Shown here in pieces: positions 36,700 to 50,100 of a DNA stretch of 64,000 nt. The stretch is taken from the NCBI RefSeq assembly GCF_964355755.1, contig NC_092673.1, positions 35,523,648 through 35,587,647 of the forward strand, read 5' to 3'. The translations under genes were made by a program, and so were the position numbers. This DNA comes from Antedon mediterranea. Taxonomy: Eukaryota; Animalia; Echinodermata. The notes beneath the pieces were generated by a model. It was given only the letters and a program-made list of their open reading frames with translations. It had not been told where the DNA came from and made no database searches. How positions within the stretch are numbered: position 1 is the stretch's first letter; every line of letters starts with the position of its first letter.

Positions 36700-36970
36700 C
36701 ATACTTGAAAACCTTCCGGAATTTATTGGAAGAGAACAAGTTGAATTAAGATGGCGGCGGTCCTGTCTTCCTCGTTTGTTCTCATTACCACCACCACTAC
36801 CAGGTCAGCGCCGTGGTGTAGCAAAAGAGCCCTGGAAATGGGAATTCCCCTTTCTGGAATGACGTCATTGAATATCTTGCTTGATGTTGCCCAATCGTGT
36901 CTTCTGTAGCTGTGACGTTTTCGGGAAGGAAAATAAGAATTCATCGGAAAGGAAAATAAGAATTCATTAT
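36700..36970 (-). promoter_or_regulatory. Candidate promoter / first non-coding exon of gene B with NF-kB and CRE motifs
   Basis: GGGAATTCCC at 36840-36849, ATGACGTCAT at 36859-36868, YY1-like AAGATGGCGGC near 36748, minus-strand donor-like gtatg near 36700-36704. Confidence 0.35.
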
Positions 36971-37304
36971 TTAAATTCTGCTATCGTTTATGTTATTCAT
37001 TATCATATTATCTTTAAGGTTTTGTAGGCCTTCCTACTAAATGAAATTATTTAACAAAAATGTAGAAACGTTAATTATTCATACCGTTTGTTTCAAAATA
37101 TTTCATAACATATATTTAATATAAAAATGACAATCCATCATTACAATAGATTTTAAGTTCTGTATTGTTTTGTATTTTACAATCATGTTTATGTAAATAA
37201 TACAGCAGGCCTATTACAAGGTCTTTCTCTCCCAAACTAAGGTACAGTAAAATTTCCATCCAGCCAAAACATAACCAAAGATAACGCAGAAATAATTTCA
37301 TTAA

Positions 37305-37928
37305 AGACCCCTTCCCTGCAATTTTGGACGTTTTTTGGAAAATAATACATATATATCACTTTAAAAACATTAAACCATGTCATTCCTTGTCTTAAATGTA
37401 CGTTTTATGGTAAATTATGATAAAAAGTGAGAAACAATGCACTACCTAAGTAGCTCGCGGCGATCGACCTCTCGTGGACGGTCTTAGGCCTAGCCTAGCT
37501 AGGCTTGTTTTGTAGGCCTAGCTGGTAAACATCGGTAACGTACGAACATCATACGCGAGCTATATACCTAGCCTGACATTGTATAGTTGCTGCATTAATT
37601 GTCTTTCTATTTTTGCCAGACTCCGTTGATACAAATTGGGGAAAACCCGGTATTTTCGCTGAAAAGTTAGGAGTCTTCATTTGTTTTGGCCTCACGATCG
37701 ATCGCAAAGTGGGCGAATTACAGGTGAAAAACAAAAATATCAATCCGCGCGCAATGCATTTTGGGATTTATAGCGGGCCGCTATAATTATTAGAATCGAC
37801 TTATTTTTCACATTTTTAACCGTTTAAAGACGAAAAAAGTTATCGCAATAGGACCATATAGTATTATTTTTACATTAAATATAGTTTGTGATCTTAAATT
37901 AGATCTAAAAAACGTAGGGAATGGGGCT
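37305..37928. mobile_element. Kolobok-like non-autonomous element
   Basis: Imperfect TIR agaccccttccctgc / gtagggaatggggct, TTAA on both sides. Confidence 0.45.
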
Positions 37929-38134
37929 TTAATATTGTAACGAAAATCCGTCCTCGGGTTCGTTCCCTTTTTGGGGAAAGGTCTGCGGTACCACGAATGA
38001 ACGAAACACACAAATCAATTACATTCTTTGGAGTGGCCTCCTTTATTCTTCTATGATTTCTAATTTATGTGTACAAGTGATTATAATAATTAATCTGATT
38101 AGTTCTGTTATTACGCCGGACTGGAAATAGTAGC

Positions 38135-38590
38135 GTAACCACCACCCGCACGTAACCTCCACAGCAACACAATGGTGTAACCTCCAACTGCACGTAACCA
38201 CCAACACAATGGTGTGACCTCCAACTACACGTAACCACCAACTATGGTGTAACCTCCAACTGCACGTAACCACCCACAATGGTGTAACCTCCAACTGCAC
38301 GTAACCACCAACTAAGGTGTAACCTCCAACTGCACGTAACCACCAACTGTGGTGTAACCTCCAACTGCACGTAACCACCAACTGTGGTGTAACCTCCAAC
38401 TGCACGTAACCACCAACTGTGGTGTAACCTCCAACTGCACGTAACCACCAACTAAGGTGTAACCTCCAACTGCACGTAACCACCAACTAAGGTGTAACCT
38501 CCAACTGCACGTAACCACCAACTAAGGTGTAACCTCCAACTGCACGTAACCACCAACTGTGGTGTAACCTCCAACTGTGGTGTAACCACG
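38135..38590. repeat. 35-bp tandem repeat (about 12 copies), probably inside a decayed retroelement fragment
   Basis: Unit ggtgtaacctccaactgcacgtaaccaccaactgt. Confidence 0.9.
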
Positions 38591-39330
38591 TACCGGCTAA
38601 CAGGGTAACCACCAGTGGTCTTAACCACTGGCTACTAGGTGTACCCACCAGTATCACAACCACAGGGTGTACCACGGCTAACTATATCTCAAGCAGTAAC
38701 ACAACCAGTAGGTGCAACCACCGGCTCAGCTATCTCAAATAGTGATACAACCAGTACAGTATAGGCGCAACCTCCGGCTCACTATGTCTCAAATAGTGAT
38801 ACAACCAGTACAGTAGGCGCAACCTCCGGCTCACTATGTCTCCAACAGCAGCACAAGCGGTAGGCTGTACCCTCCGGCTAACTTACTTGCTGGGTCTTAA
38901 CTCTCCTTTTATTATTCAGCTCTAATTTCCTCTTTCTTTTCTCTAATCCTCTCTGCACTTTGCTTTCCAATTTCTCTAATGTCCCTGCTTCTCCGCTTTT
39001 CCAGCTCCAATCTCTCCCTCCTTTTTAACGCAGCTCGAGGTAACCCTCCATTGCCTTCCTTCTCCAATCCCTCTCTGCTCTTTTTCTCACGTCCGTTCTC
39101 TGCTACTCTTCCTGCCTACTCTCCCTCCATCTGCCGCCCTCTATCTTTTCCTTCTCCCCCAAAATCATTACAATATTATTTGTAATTTCATAAAACGTTG
39201 TACAGTTGGGTTGTGGTATTATTTCTTCATTCAGTTTTTTTTGTTCAGAAATTTCTTGAATTTTTATGAAATCAGTTTATACAGAAATAGATTTGCACAT
39301 TTTTTTCATCATTAAAATTATTATTAAAAA

Positions 39331-41066
39331 AGAATCAACAACATTATAAGATGTCCATCATCCATGTATTTAATAGAATCAACAACATTATAAGATGTCC
39401 ATCATCCATGTATTTAATAGAATCAACAACATTATAAGATGTCCATCATCCATGTATTTAATAGAATCAACAACATTATAAGATGTCCATCATCCATGTA
39501 TTTAATAAGAATCAACAACATTATAAGATGTCCATCATCCATGTATTTAATAGAATCAACAACATTATAAGATGTCCATCATCCATGTATTTAATAGAAT
39601 CAACAACATTATAAGATGTCCATCATCCATGTATTTAATAGAATCAACAACATTATAAGATGTCCATCATCCATGTATTTAATAGAATCAACAACATTAT
39701 AAGATATCCATCATCCATGTATTTAATAGAATCAACAACATTATAAGATGTCCATCATCCATGTATTTAATAGAATCAACAACATTATAAGATGTCCATC
39801 ATCCATGTATTTAATAGAATCAACAACATTATAAGATGTCCATCATTCATGTATTTAATAGAATCAACAACATTATAAGATGTCCATCATCCATGTATTT
39901 AATAGAATCAACAACATTATAAGAAGTCCATCATCCATGTATTTAATAGAATCAACAACATTATAAGATGTCCATCATCCATGTATTTAATAGAATCAAC
40001 AACATTATAAGATGTCCATCATCCATGTATTTAATAGAATCAACAACATTATAAGATGTCCATCATCCATGTATTTAATAGAATCAACAACATTATAAGA
40101 TGTCCATCATCCATGTATTTAATAGAATCAACATTATAAGATGTCCATCATTCATGTATTTAATAGAATCAACAACATTATAAGATGTCCATCATCCATG
40201 TATTTAATAGAATCAACAACATTATAAGATGTCCATCATCCATGTATTTAATAGAATCAACATTATAAGATGTCCATCATTCATGTATTTAATAGAATCA
40301 ACAACATTATAAGATGTCCATCATCCATGTATTTAATAGAATCAACATTATAAGATGTCCATCATCCATGTATTTAATAGAATCAACAACATTATAAGAT
40401 GTCCATCATCCATGTATTTAATAGAATCAACAACATCATAAGATGTCCATCATCCATGTATTTAATAGAATCAACAACATTATAAGATGTCCATCATTCA
40501 TGTATTTAATAGAATCAACAATATTATAAGATGTCCATCATCCATGTATTTAATAGAATCAACAACATTATAAGATGTCCATCATCCATGTATTTAATAG
40601 AATCAACATCATTATAAGATGTCCATCATCCATGTATTTAATAGAATCAACATCATTATAAGATGTCCATCATCCATGTATTTAATAGAATCAACAACAT
40701 TATAAGATGTCCATCATCCATGTATTTAATAGAATCAACAACATTATAAGATGTCCATCATCCATGTATTTAATAGAATCAACAACATTATAAGATGTCC
40801 ATCATTCATGTATTTAATAGAATCAACAACATTATAAGATGTCCATCATCCATGTATTTAATAGAATCAACAACATTATAAGATGTCCATCATCCATGTA
40901 TTTAATAGAATCAACAACATTATAAGATGTCCATCATCCATGTATTTAATAGAATCAACAACATTATAAGATGTCCATCATCCATGTATTTAATAGAATC
41001 AACAACATTATAAGATGTCCATCATCCATGTATTTAATAGAATCAACAACATTATAAGATGTCCAT
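39331..41066. repeat. 44-bp minisatellite (about 39-40 copies)
   Basis: Unit agaatcaacaacattataagatgtccatcatccatgtatttaat; a few 41-bp variants. Confidence 0.95.
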
Positions 41067-41319
41067 TTTATTATGGCCGCTGAAATGCACCCCTGTCACA
41101 CCAATAAATCCCAAAATTAGATATTGTTTATAATTTAAAATACTACAGAAAGAACTAACTAATAATAAAAGATAAATATGTATTTATTTCATATTCATAT
41201 ATACATTTATATATTACATTCTGAAAATATATTGAAAATCAAGGTGCTCCATTTTATTTATAGTACTATTTTTTTTTACTGGAATGTACAAACATGCAAA
41301 ATACCATAGAAACCCTTTT

Positions 41320-42022
41320 CACTGAAAATGCACAGTAACAACCACTATACTTCATTTACAACCCCCCTGCCCCAATTAACACAAGTATATGCTATTGACT
41401 GAAGATGCACAGTAACAACCACTGTACTTCATTTACAACCCCCCTGCCTCAATTAACACAAGTATATGCTATTGACTGAAAATACACAGTAACAACCACT
41501 GTACTTCATTTACATCCCCCCTGCCCCAATTAACACAAGTATATGCTATTGACTGAAAATGCACAGTAACAACCACTGTACTTCATTTACAACCCCCTGC
41601 CTCAATTAACACAAGTATATGCTATTGACTGAAATGCACAGTAACAATCACTGTACTTCATTTACAACCCCCTGCCCCAATTAACACAAGTATATGCTAT
41701 TGACTGAAATGCACAGTAACAACTACTGTACTTCATTTACAACCCCCCTGCCCCAATTAACACAAGTATATGCTATTGACTGAAAATGCACAGTAACAAT
41801 CACTGTACTTCATTTACAACCCCCCTGCCCCAATTAACACAAGTATATGCTATTGACTGAAAATGCACAGTAACAATCACTGTACTTCATTTACAACCCC
41901 CTGCCCCAATTAACACAAGTATGCTATTGACTGAAAATGCACAGTAACAACCACTGTACTTCATTTACAACCCCCCTGCCCCAATTAACACAAGTATATG
42001 CTATTGACTGAAAATGCACAGT
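41320..42022. repeat. 77-bp minisatellite (about 9 copies) in the 3' flank of gene A
   Basis: Same unit as 1-1115. Confidence 0.93.
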
Positions 42023-42562
42023 ATAATAATATGACATATTGTTTAGAAATATTATAACATAATTTGTATAATATTCACTCAATCACAATGAATAAAGCAT
42101 TTACATTTATATTACCAAAGATTATGATAACAAACAAATATTAGTATTAAAGTAAAAACATATCCCATCCATTTGTAACAACCTGATTTTATTAAGCTTA
42201 ATACTTTGGTGAAAATTGATTTTTGACATTATTACAGCATTAAAAAACTTTAAATAGCCAAACATTATCAAAAAAATATATCAAAATTATATGAAAGCAT
42301 TTTGTTGCAAAAAAAATCAGGCATTGTCTCGTCAGTATAAAAAAATATCAATTTTTCTTATATGAGATAATTATCATATCAAGGTAATGTCAGTACATTT
42401 TTGTTTTGTTTTTTTGGCTGCAATACGCATATGAAATTTATAATTTATATTTTTTTAAACGTTCTCAAGTCAAAAATGAAAATGCCTCTAAGTACATGTA
42501 CGGTATCATGCAGTTTAATGAAAGTTATATTAAGCTGCACTTTAATAACTACTGTATAGCAG

Positions 42563-44181
42563 TTAGTAATAGGTAAATACACCATTTATACTCTGGAAGT
42601 GTTGCCTCATATCCTGCACTATATCATTAGGTAATTCACACCAACGCGCATCAAGTTTTCTCAGTTTAGGAGAAATAGCCAGTAATGTGGTAAATGAAGA
42701 ACCTGTGATATCAGTGAGAGTATTCACATTGATATCAAGATTATCTAATTCCAACACTAGGTTCCTATTGACACATTCCTTCACCATAGCATCTATGATA
42801 ACACCTGATAGACTGCACCAGTTCATGTTAAGTGTTTTCAGTTTAGGACAAATAGCCAGTAATGTGCCAAATGAAGAACCTGTGATGTCACTGAAAGTAT
42901 TCCCATGGATATCAAGATTATCTAATTCCAACACTAGGTTCCTATTGACACATTCCCTCACCATAGCATTTATGATAACACCTGACAGCTTGCAGCTGCT
43001 TATGTTAAGTGTTTTTAGTTTAGGTGAAATAGCCAGTAATGTGCCAAATGAAGAACCTGTGATGTCACTGAAATTATTCAGACTGATATCAAGATTATCT
43101 AATTCCAACACTAGGTTTCTATTGACACATTCCCTCACCATAGCATTTATGATAATACCTGACAGCCTGCACCAGCTTATGTTAAGTGTTTTTAGTTTAG
43201 GTGAAATAGCCAGTAATGTGCCAAATGAAGAACCTGTGATGTCACTGAGAATATTCTCACTGATATCAAGATTATCTAATTTAAACACTAGGTTCCTATT
43301 GACACATTCCCTCACCATAGCATTTATGATAACACCTGACAGACGGCAGTTGAACATGTTAAGTGTTTTCAGTTTAGGTGAAATAGCCAGTAATGTGCCA
43401 AGTGAAGAACCTGTGATGTCACTGAAAGTATTCACACGGATATGAAGATTATCTAATTCCAACACTAGGTTTCTATTGACACATTCCCTCACCATAGCAT
43501 CTATGATAACACCTGACAGACGGCAGCTGCTTATGTTAAGTGTTTTCAGTTTAGGCGAAATAGCCAGTAATGTGCCAAATGAAGAACCTGTGATGTCACG
43601 GAGAGTATTCCCATGGATATCAAGGTTCTCTAATTCCAACACTAGTCCTTTCTTTGATAGTGCATCAACAGTATCATTCATAGTTACACCTGTTAACTTA
43701 CGTAATTGAAGCATTTTGAGTTGTGGTGCATTAATCAATAAATGAATTAAAAATGATGTAGACAAATGTTTATTACATTGAAAAGCTTCTATATTGTATT
43801 TAAAAGTGTATTTACTACATTCAGTAGACAGACATTTCACCACATCATCAGTACATGATGGACTGATTTTAGAAAAAACATACTCTTCATCTTTTACAGC
43901 AATCAAAACATGAGCTAGCATTCTACCAATGTCTTCTGATGATTTCTGTTGAATCCATTCCAACCACCTTTTTCTGCGTTTCCATATTCCTACTACATTA
44001 TTACTACTTATCATCTTTATGATACCCTGATCTGTTTTTAAACTCTTAATACCACTACTTCTCATGTAAGTGAAAAATCGTCTTACAGAGTTACATATCT
44101 CATCTATAGCATGTTCATCTGTCATTGTATCTTGACTTGGTAGCTGTTGATGTGAAGTTGAGGGCTCACTGTCATCAATAC
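42563..44181 (-). CDS. Terminal LRR exon of gene A (6 double-LRR units)
   Basis: Within 560-aa ORF; phase-1 acceptor at 44182-44183; stop at 42563. Confidence 0.9.
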
Positions 44182-47100
44182 CTGTAAAAGGAATTAATCT
44201 TATATTAATAAGACATGGTGGAACCAAACAATGGGTGGGCAGCAATTTATATATTTACCAGATTCATGTCAACTTTTACAATATTAAAAGTTTCTTTATT
44301 GCTTAAGATATACACAGCATAAATTAATATATGACAATTTTGAAATAATGTAAAAGAAACAAAAACTGTAAAATGTGCACAACTATTATAGGTTTAAAAA
44401 ATATAAACACACACTTCTTAAAGTGTATTTTTAGATGTATAGAATTTATAATTATATTCTGTAATTAAATGTTATTTTATTAATAAAAAGCAAAATATGA
44501 ATAAAAACATTTTATTTTCCATTATTTCTAAACAATAAAAAATAACAATAAATGTTACATTTACTATTTTTAAATTACCTTTAAATAGTTCCATTTCTTT
44601 TGGGGATTTCTCAGAATCTGTTTTAATAGAACATTTTTTCTCTACAAACATTTCTCTTACATAGTCTCTTAATGTTGTCTCTATTCAAAGAAATCAAATA
44701 TAAACTCATGTATTATATAAAAAGTATATTTAAAAAATATAATAATTTTTTGTTTACATGTTTTTCATTTTAAATTAAAATACAGATTTATTGTCTGTCT
44801 TACCCTTTTTTGATTTTCTTTGTTTCTTTCCTTTAACTTGATCTTCTGACTCATCTAATAAAACAAAAGAAAATACTACAAATTAATTCTTTAATTCTTT
44901 AAATGTCCCTTTTATTCCAATTTTCTCATAGGTTTCAGTAAATGGTGTTTCCAGTGATTTTCAAGCTCAGGTTTAGATTGACTAATTGTTGGTGAATATA
45001 TTGCTGCTTCTTGTTATTTTCCAGTCTACAGACGTTTAATTTAAAAAGAACAATTCACTTTCACACACCTCATGGTTACAGTATACTTACTCTTTCTTGA
45101 TTTTCTTGGTTTCTTTGTTTTAACTGGATCTTCTGACGCATCTAAAACATGAGAACATGTGAAATGATAATGATGATAAATTAGGACAATTTTTAATAAA
45201 TAATTTATGTATAATCCATATCTGCAATATTTAAATTTAAAATATTACAATTTTTAAATCATTAATTGTAGCACAAATATGTTTACAAAATCACAAAAAT
45301 GAGGTTTGTTGTTGCTGAAATGTAATGTTTATTAAATAAATGGTATGGAGTGATTTTAAATACTAATATTTAATATAGATTTAATTTTATTATTTCTCCT
45401 CTTTTTTTTTTATCTATAATAGAGAATTTGTAAAATGTGGAATACTGTAGATATTTTGGTTTGATTAACTTGGAATGAATAAAATATTGATTGCATAATA
45501 ATACAATAAATTATTTTCCTAATTACCAACTGTCATGAAAAGATATCATTTTAAAGTCCTATTGAAGAAAATAAACATAAAATATGCATACATTTTGTTA
45601 GAACTTCTTCAGGTTCTCCAAGATTCAAGATACCTAATTTCTCGATAAATAGTTGCATCTTTCCTTCACTGATGATCTGTCTTTTTTCAAGATCATTAAT
45701 CAGACTCCATTTATCTTCATAAGATGTTGGTGCCTCATTAACAAGATCACTGATGGATTCCACATTTTTTGTGGTCAGCTTATTTCCAAATTCTACCAAC
45801 ATGCATCTGTGATGACTGAATTTTGAAACGGAAATCTCCTCGACATTTGGGAATGTTAAAACTTCCTCTTGAATTTTTCTTGCTAATTCAAATTCTCCTG
45901 TTGCATTGATGGTGTCATAAAACAATGTGAAATCCTGGCTTGTCAGATGATTAGATTCAATTAAGAATTCCAGCAGGTCTATTGTGCTAGATGCCTTGTA
46001 TAAAATATGAGGAAGCAGCAGGTCTGTGTACAAGGCTTTCAGCAAATTCAATGAATCTCTCTTATCATACCAGCTGCAAAATTCTTCTTTAACATATGCA
46101 AACATATCATCTTGTATTTCTAGATTGGAAATAAAGATCTCAATAAGAAATGTTTTACAGTATTTCTTTTCAGAAAATACAATAGCCATTGAAGTGAGGG
46201 CGCTATTTTCTATTGCGATTGAAATAACGTATTTTACTACAATACAACCTTGGTCCTATGTTCAGAAGCCCAAACCATCTCGGCCCCAGACAACTCGGCA
46301 ACAAGGCAATTTAATTTCAGTTTAAATTTATATATTTTATTTATATCAGCATAAATCATATATCAAACAAGTCTGAATGAATCTAGATATTTACTTGGTC
46401 TATACTTTATTTACTAACTCCTTACCAATTTCATCCTTCACTGCCTTTTGTAAATCTTCATATTCTTCTTTGGAAGAAACCTGTTTTTGGTGAGCATGTT
46501 CTTCATAGAATTTTGGTTCATCTATAAAATAATTTTATAAATAATTTAAAGAAATACCTATATACATTGTAAACACATGTGACAACTACTTCTTAATATA
46601 TTTTGTTCATCTATAAAAAATAACATTCTAAACAATAGTACAATAATTGTTAATACAGTACTACAATGTAAACCCAGAGGTCTAATGGCAACAATGCCTG
46701 AAGATACTAAATTTCAAAATTAATAACGTATTTCAATTACAATGTAGTATCCTAGTCTAATGGTAAACTCATTATGAGTGTTGCTTTTTCTAAGCTTCTT
46801 TAGACATATTTTGCTTTCAAATGATAAATAACATATTGCTGTACTGTTGAATGGCAAATAACCAAATGAATAAAACATAATACCTTTGAGGTGACTTGAA
46901 CTTCTGAATAGCTTAGATGATCCAGGTTCATCTATTAAAAAAACACTATAGTAATTATTTGTTTTTAAATAGAAAATGTAGAATTCAGGAACAAAAAAGC
47001 ATGAATGATTTTGTTTCTCCTATAAATAATGTCACATGATCATCAAATTCAATAATATCCAGTTTAAGTTTTGACAATTAAAAAATGTTTTTTTATCAAA

Positions 47101-50100
47101 GAAGTTTATAATTCTATCTATTTACATGTATGGGGTCTATCACTTTGCTAGATAATTGGAAATGAATAAATCTTACTTAGTTCCTTTAGTATAATTTTAA
47201 TCCAAATAAACAAATAAAACAAAATAGGAGGTGAAGATAAGAAAATAGAGAACATGTAGTATACAGTATTAACTTAAGTGAAATATTAGAATTGGCTAAA
47301 ATCAACCTCATTATCATAAGACAACAACATACCTGGATCTGGGCTTAAAGATCTCTTAAACTGTTTTGACGTTTCATCTTTATCTATAAAATATATGTAT
47401 TTTTTTCTTTTGGTAATTATTGTTCTATTGTTAAATATTAGGTTGCAAATTACTTTTTATTAATTAAACATTTCATTTAGAGTATATTTTTACCTGGTTC
47501 TGATTTCACATGTCCTTCTGATCCATGCTCCATTTTAATACTGGTTGGCAATATCTCTGTTGATGTACCAGCTACATTGTCTGAATCTTCTAAAATCCCT
47601 GGTAAATACAAATGGTAGATGGGGTGGGTGGGGGGGGGGGGTGTTATTTATTAGGTAGAGAACGGATTATCTCTTTTGTAGCTGTTTAATTCATTTGAAG
47701 ATATACATACCACTACCACCTCTGTAACGGAGTACCAATTGAAGGGTTGACTGATTCTGAATGTTGCAGTCGGACAGTGCTTTCCAATCTTTAAGCTGGT
47801 TTCCAGCAAAGATAATTTGTTGCTGCTCTGGTGGAATTCCCACTTTATCTTGGATCTTAGCTTTCACATTCTCAATGATGTCTGATGGTTCAACATCAAG
47901 TGTAATTTCCTCTCCAGTGAGTGTTTTCACAAAAATCTCCATGCCGCCTCTCAGCACAAAAGGCTCTGATAATAGACAAAAACAAGACTTCAAAATGTGC
48001 CTAATATTCATATCAAGGCCATATTTTGCTAAGATCAGATTTTAATATCATGACATAATGACAATAACAATGCAAATCTCTTAATAATTTTTGAATACAA
48101 TACTTTCTGATAAAAATGAAAAACAATTGTAGATTTTTTATACATAAAAAGAATAGGTATACATTGGTTCAGGTTCATGATTGTTTATTATTTACACTCA
48201 GCTATGTGCTTTTTATGTTTTGTTCAGACACACATGAAATGACAGCTGTGGGGTGAAGGATGGTTGTCATATTCTTTTATGCACAGATGTCTAGAATGTG
48301 CTTATTTTATATTCCATTATCATACTTCTTGTATTTGTATATGTTTTTTGATCTTGAAATAAAAATGTCATGCAGTGAAATTGTCTTATACATGACATGT
48401 CCGATATAGGCTAGTCAATCTAGCATTTTGAGTGAAACAAATTGCAAACAGAGATTTTTTTTTTTTAAATGGTTACATATGATAAGGTAATTATTTTTTG
48501 AGCATCACACCTCTGACACTCATCCCGAAGGTATGCAAATTAGCTTAAATATGTAAATTAGGGTGAAATTACAGGGTTACCATATCTTAAAAACTACTAA
48601 TCGTAGAGAGTTCATTTTTGCACAGTCTGGTTCAGAATATATATATTTATATTTGCTCTAATGAGACATTTTACATAAAAATGTCCGGAAGTACCAAATT
48701 TTGACCCTTGACCCCATTTCTCAATATTTACATAAATATGTGATTAAAATGTCTGTAGAGACTTTATTTTGGACTCAATGACTTGAATATTGTTTTTCAA
48801 TACCCACCATAGAACTGTATTATAATTCCTAAAATCTTCTTCATGCACCTCGAAAGTATGCAAATTAGTAGTACAAGTAATATTAAATATGCAAATTAGG
48901 GAGTGAAATTACACCGTTGCCATATCTCGAAAACCGCTAATGCTAGAGTGTTGATTTTTTCACTAAAATATTTAAAATGTATATATTTATATTTGTTGTA
49001 ATGAAACATTTTACAAAAAAATGCCCGGAACTATAACATTTGACCCTCGACCCCATTTCTCAATATTGCATATATAATGAAAACTAAAATGTCTGTAGAG
49101 ACTTTGTTTTGCCCTCAAATGACTCGGATACAGGTTTCTAATAGCCAACATAGGAATGTTTAGTAAATCTCAAAATCACACCTGTATCACTCACCTTCAA
49201 ATGCAAATTATTAGTACAAGTTACATGAAATATGCAAATTAGGGGGTGAAATTACAGGTTCCTATATGTATCGAAAACCGCTAAGGTAGAGAGTTGATTT
49301 TTTCAAAAACTTGTTCAGAATGTACATATTTATATTAACAATTGACCCTTGACCCTATTTATCAATGTTTGCATACATAATGCGACTAAAATGTCTGTAG
49401 ATAATTTTTTTGGACTCAAATAACTCGGATACAGTTTTCCTATTGTCAGCATAGGACCTCTTTGTAATTCCCAAAATCACATCTTTGTCACATACCTTGA
49501 AAGTATGCAAATTATTAGTACAAGTTACATGAAATATGCAAATTAGGGGTGAAATTACAGTCTTCCCATATCTCGAAAACCATTAATGCTAGAGAGTTGA
49601 TTTGAATTCAGAGTTGATTCAGAATGTACATATTTATATTCGCTGTAATGAAACATTTTATGCAAAAATTGTCTTGATTGAATTATGACATTTGACCCTT
49701 GACCCTATTTCTCAATATTTTCATATAATTCAACTAAAATATCTGTACAGACTGTTTTGGCCTCAAATGACTCAGATACAGGTTTTCTATAGCCAGCTAG
49801 CATAGAACTGTAGTAATTCTCAAAATCACACCTTTGTTACTTCCCTAGAAAATATGAAAATTAGTAGTACAAGAGGTGAAAGTTGCCATATCTCTATCGG
49901 TCATTAGCGTTTTTCGAGATACATAAGGCTTTGCATATTTCATATAACTTGTACTAATAATTTGCATACTTTCGAGTTGCTTGACTTTTGGAATTACTAA
50001 ACGATCCTATACTGGCTATATAAAACCTGTATCCAAGTCATTTGAGGCCAAAACAAAGTATGTACATACATTTTAGTTGCATTATATGCAAATATTGAGA

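Noticed and set aside
38043-38675. Overlapping VVTCSWRLH ORFs
   Set aside because: Products of a 35-bp tandem repeat read in several frames
39331-41066. CRISPR-like appearance of the short tandem arrays
   Set aside because: Head-to-tail repeats without unique spacers, no cas genes, eukaryotic context
47691-48011. Stand-alone ubiquitin gene or processed pseudogene
   Set aside because: Has in-frame phase-1 splice sites matching the flanking exons and no stop after GG, so better explained as an exon of gene A
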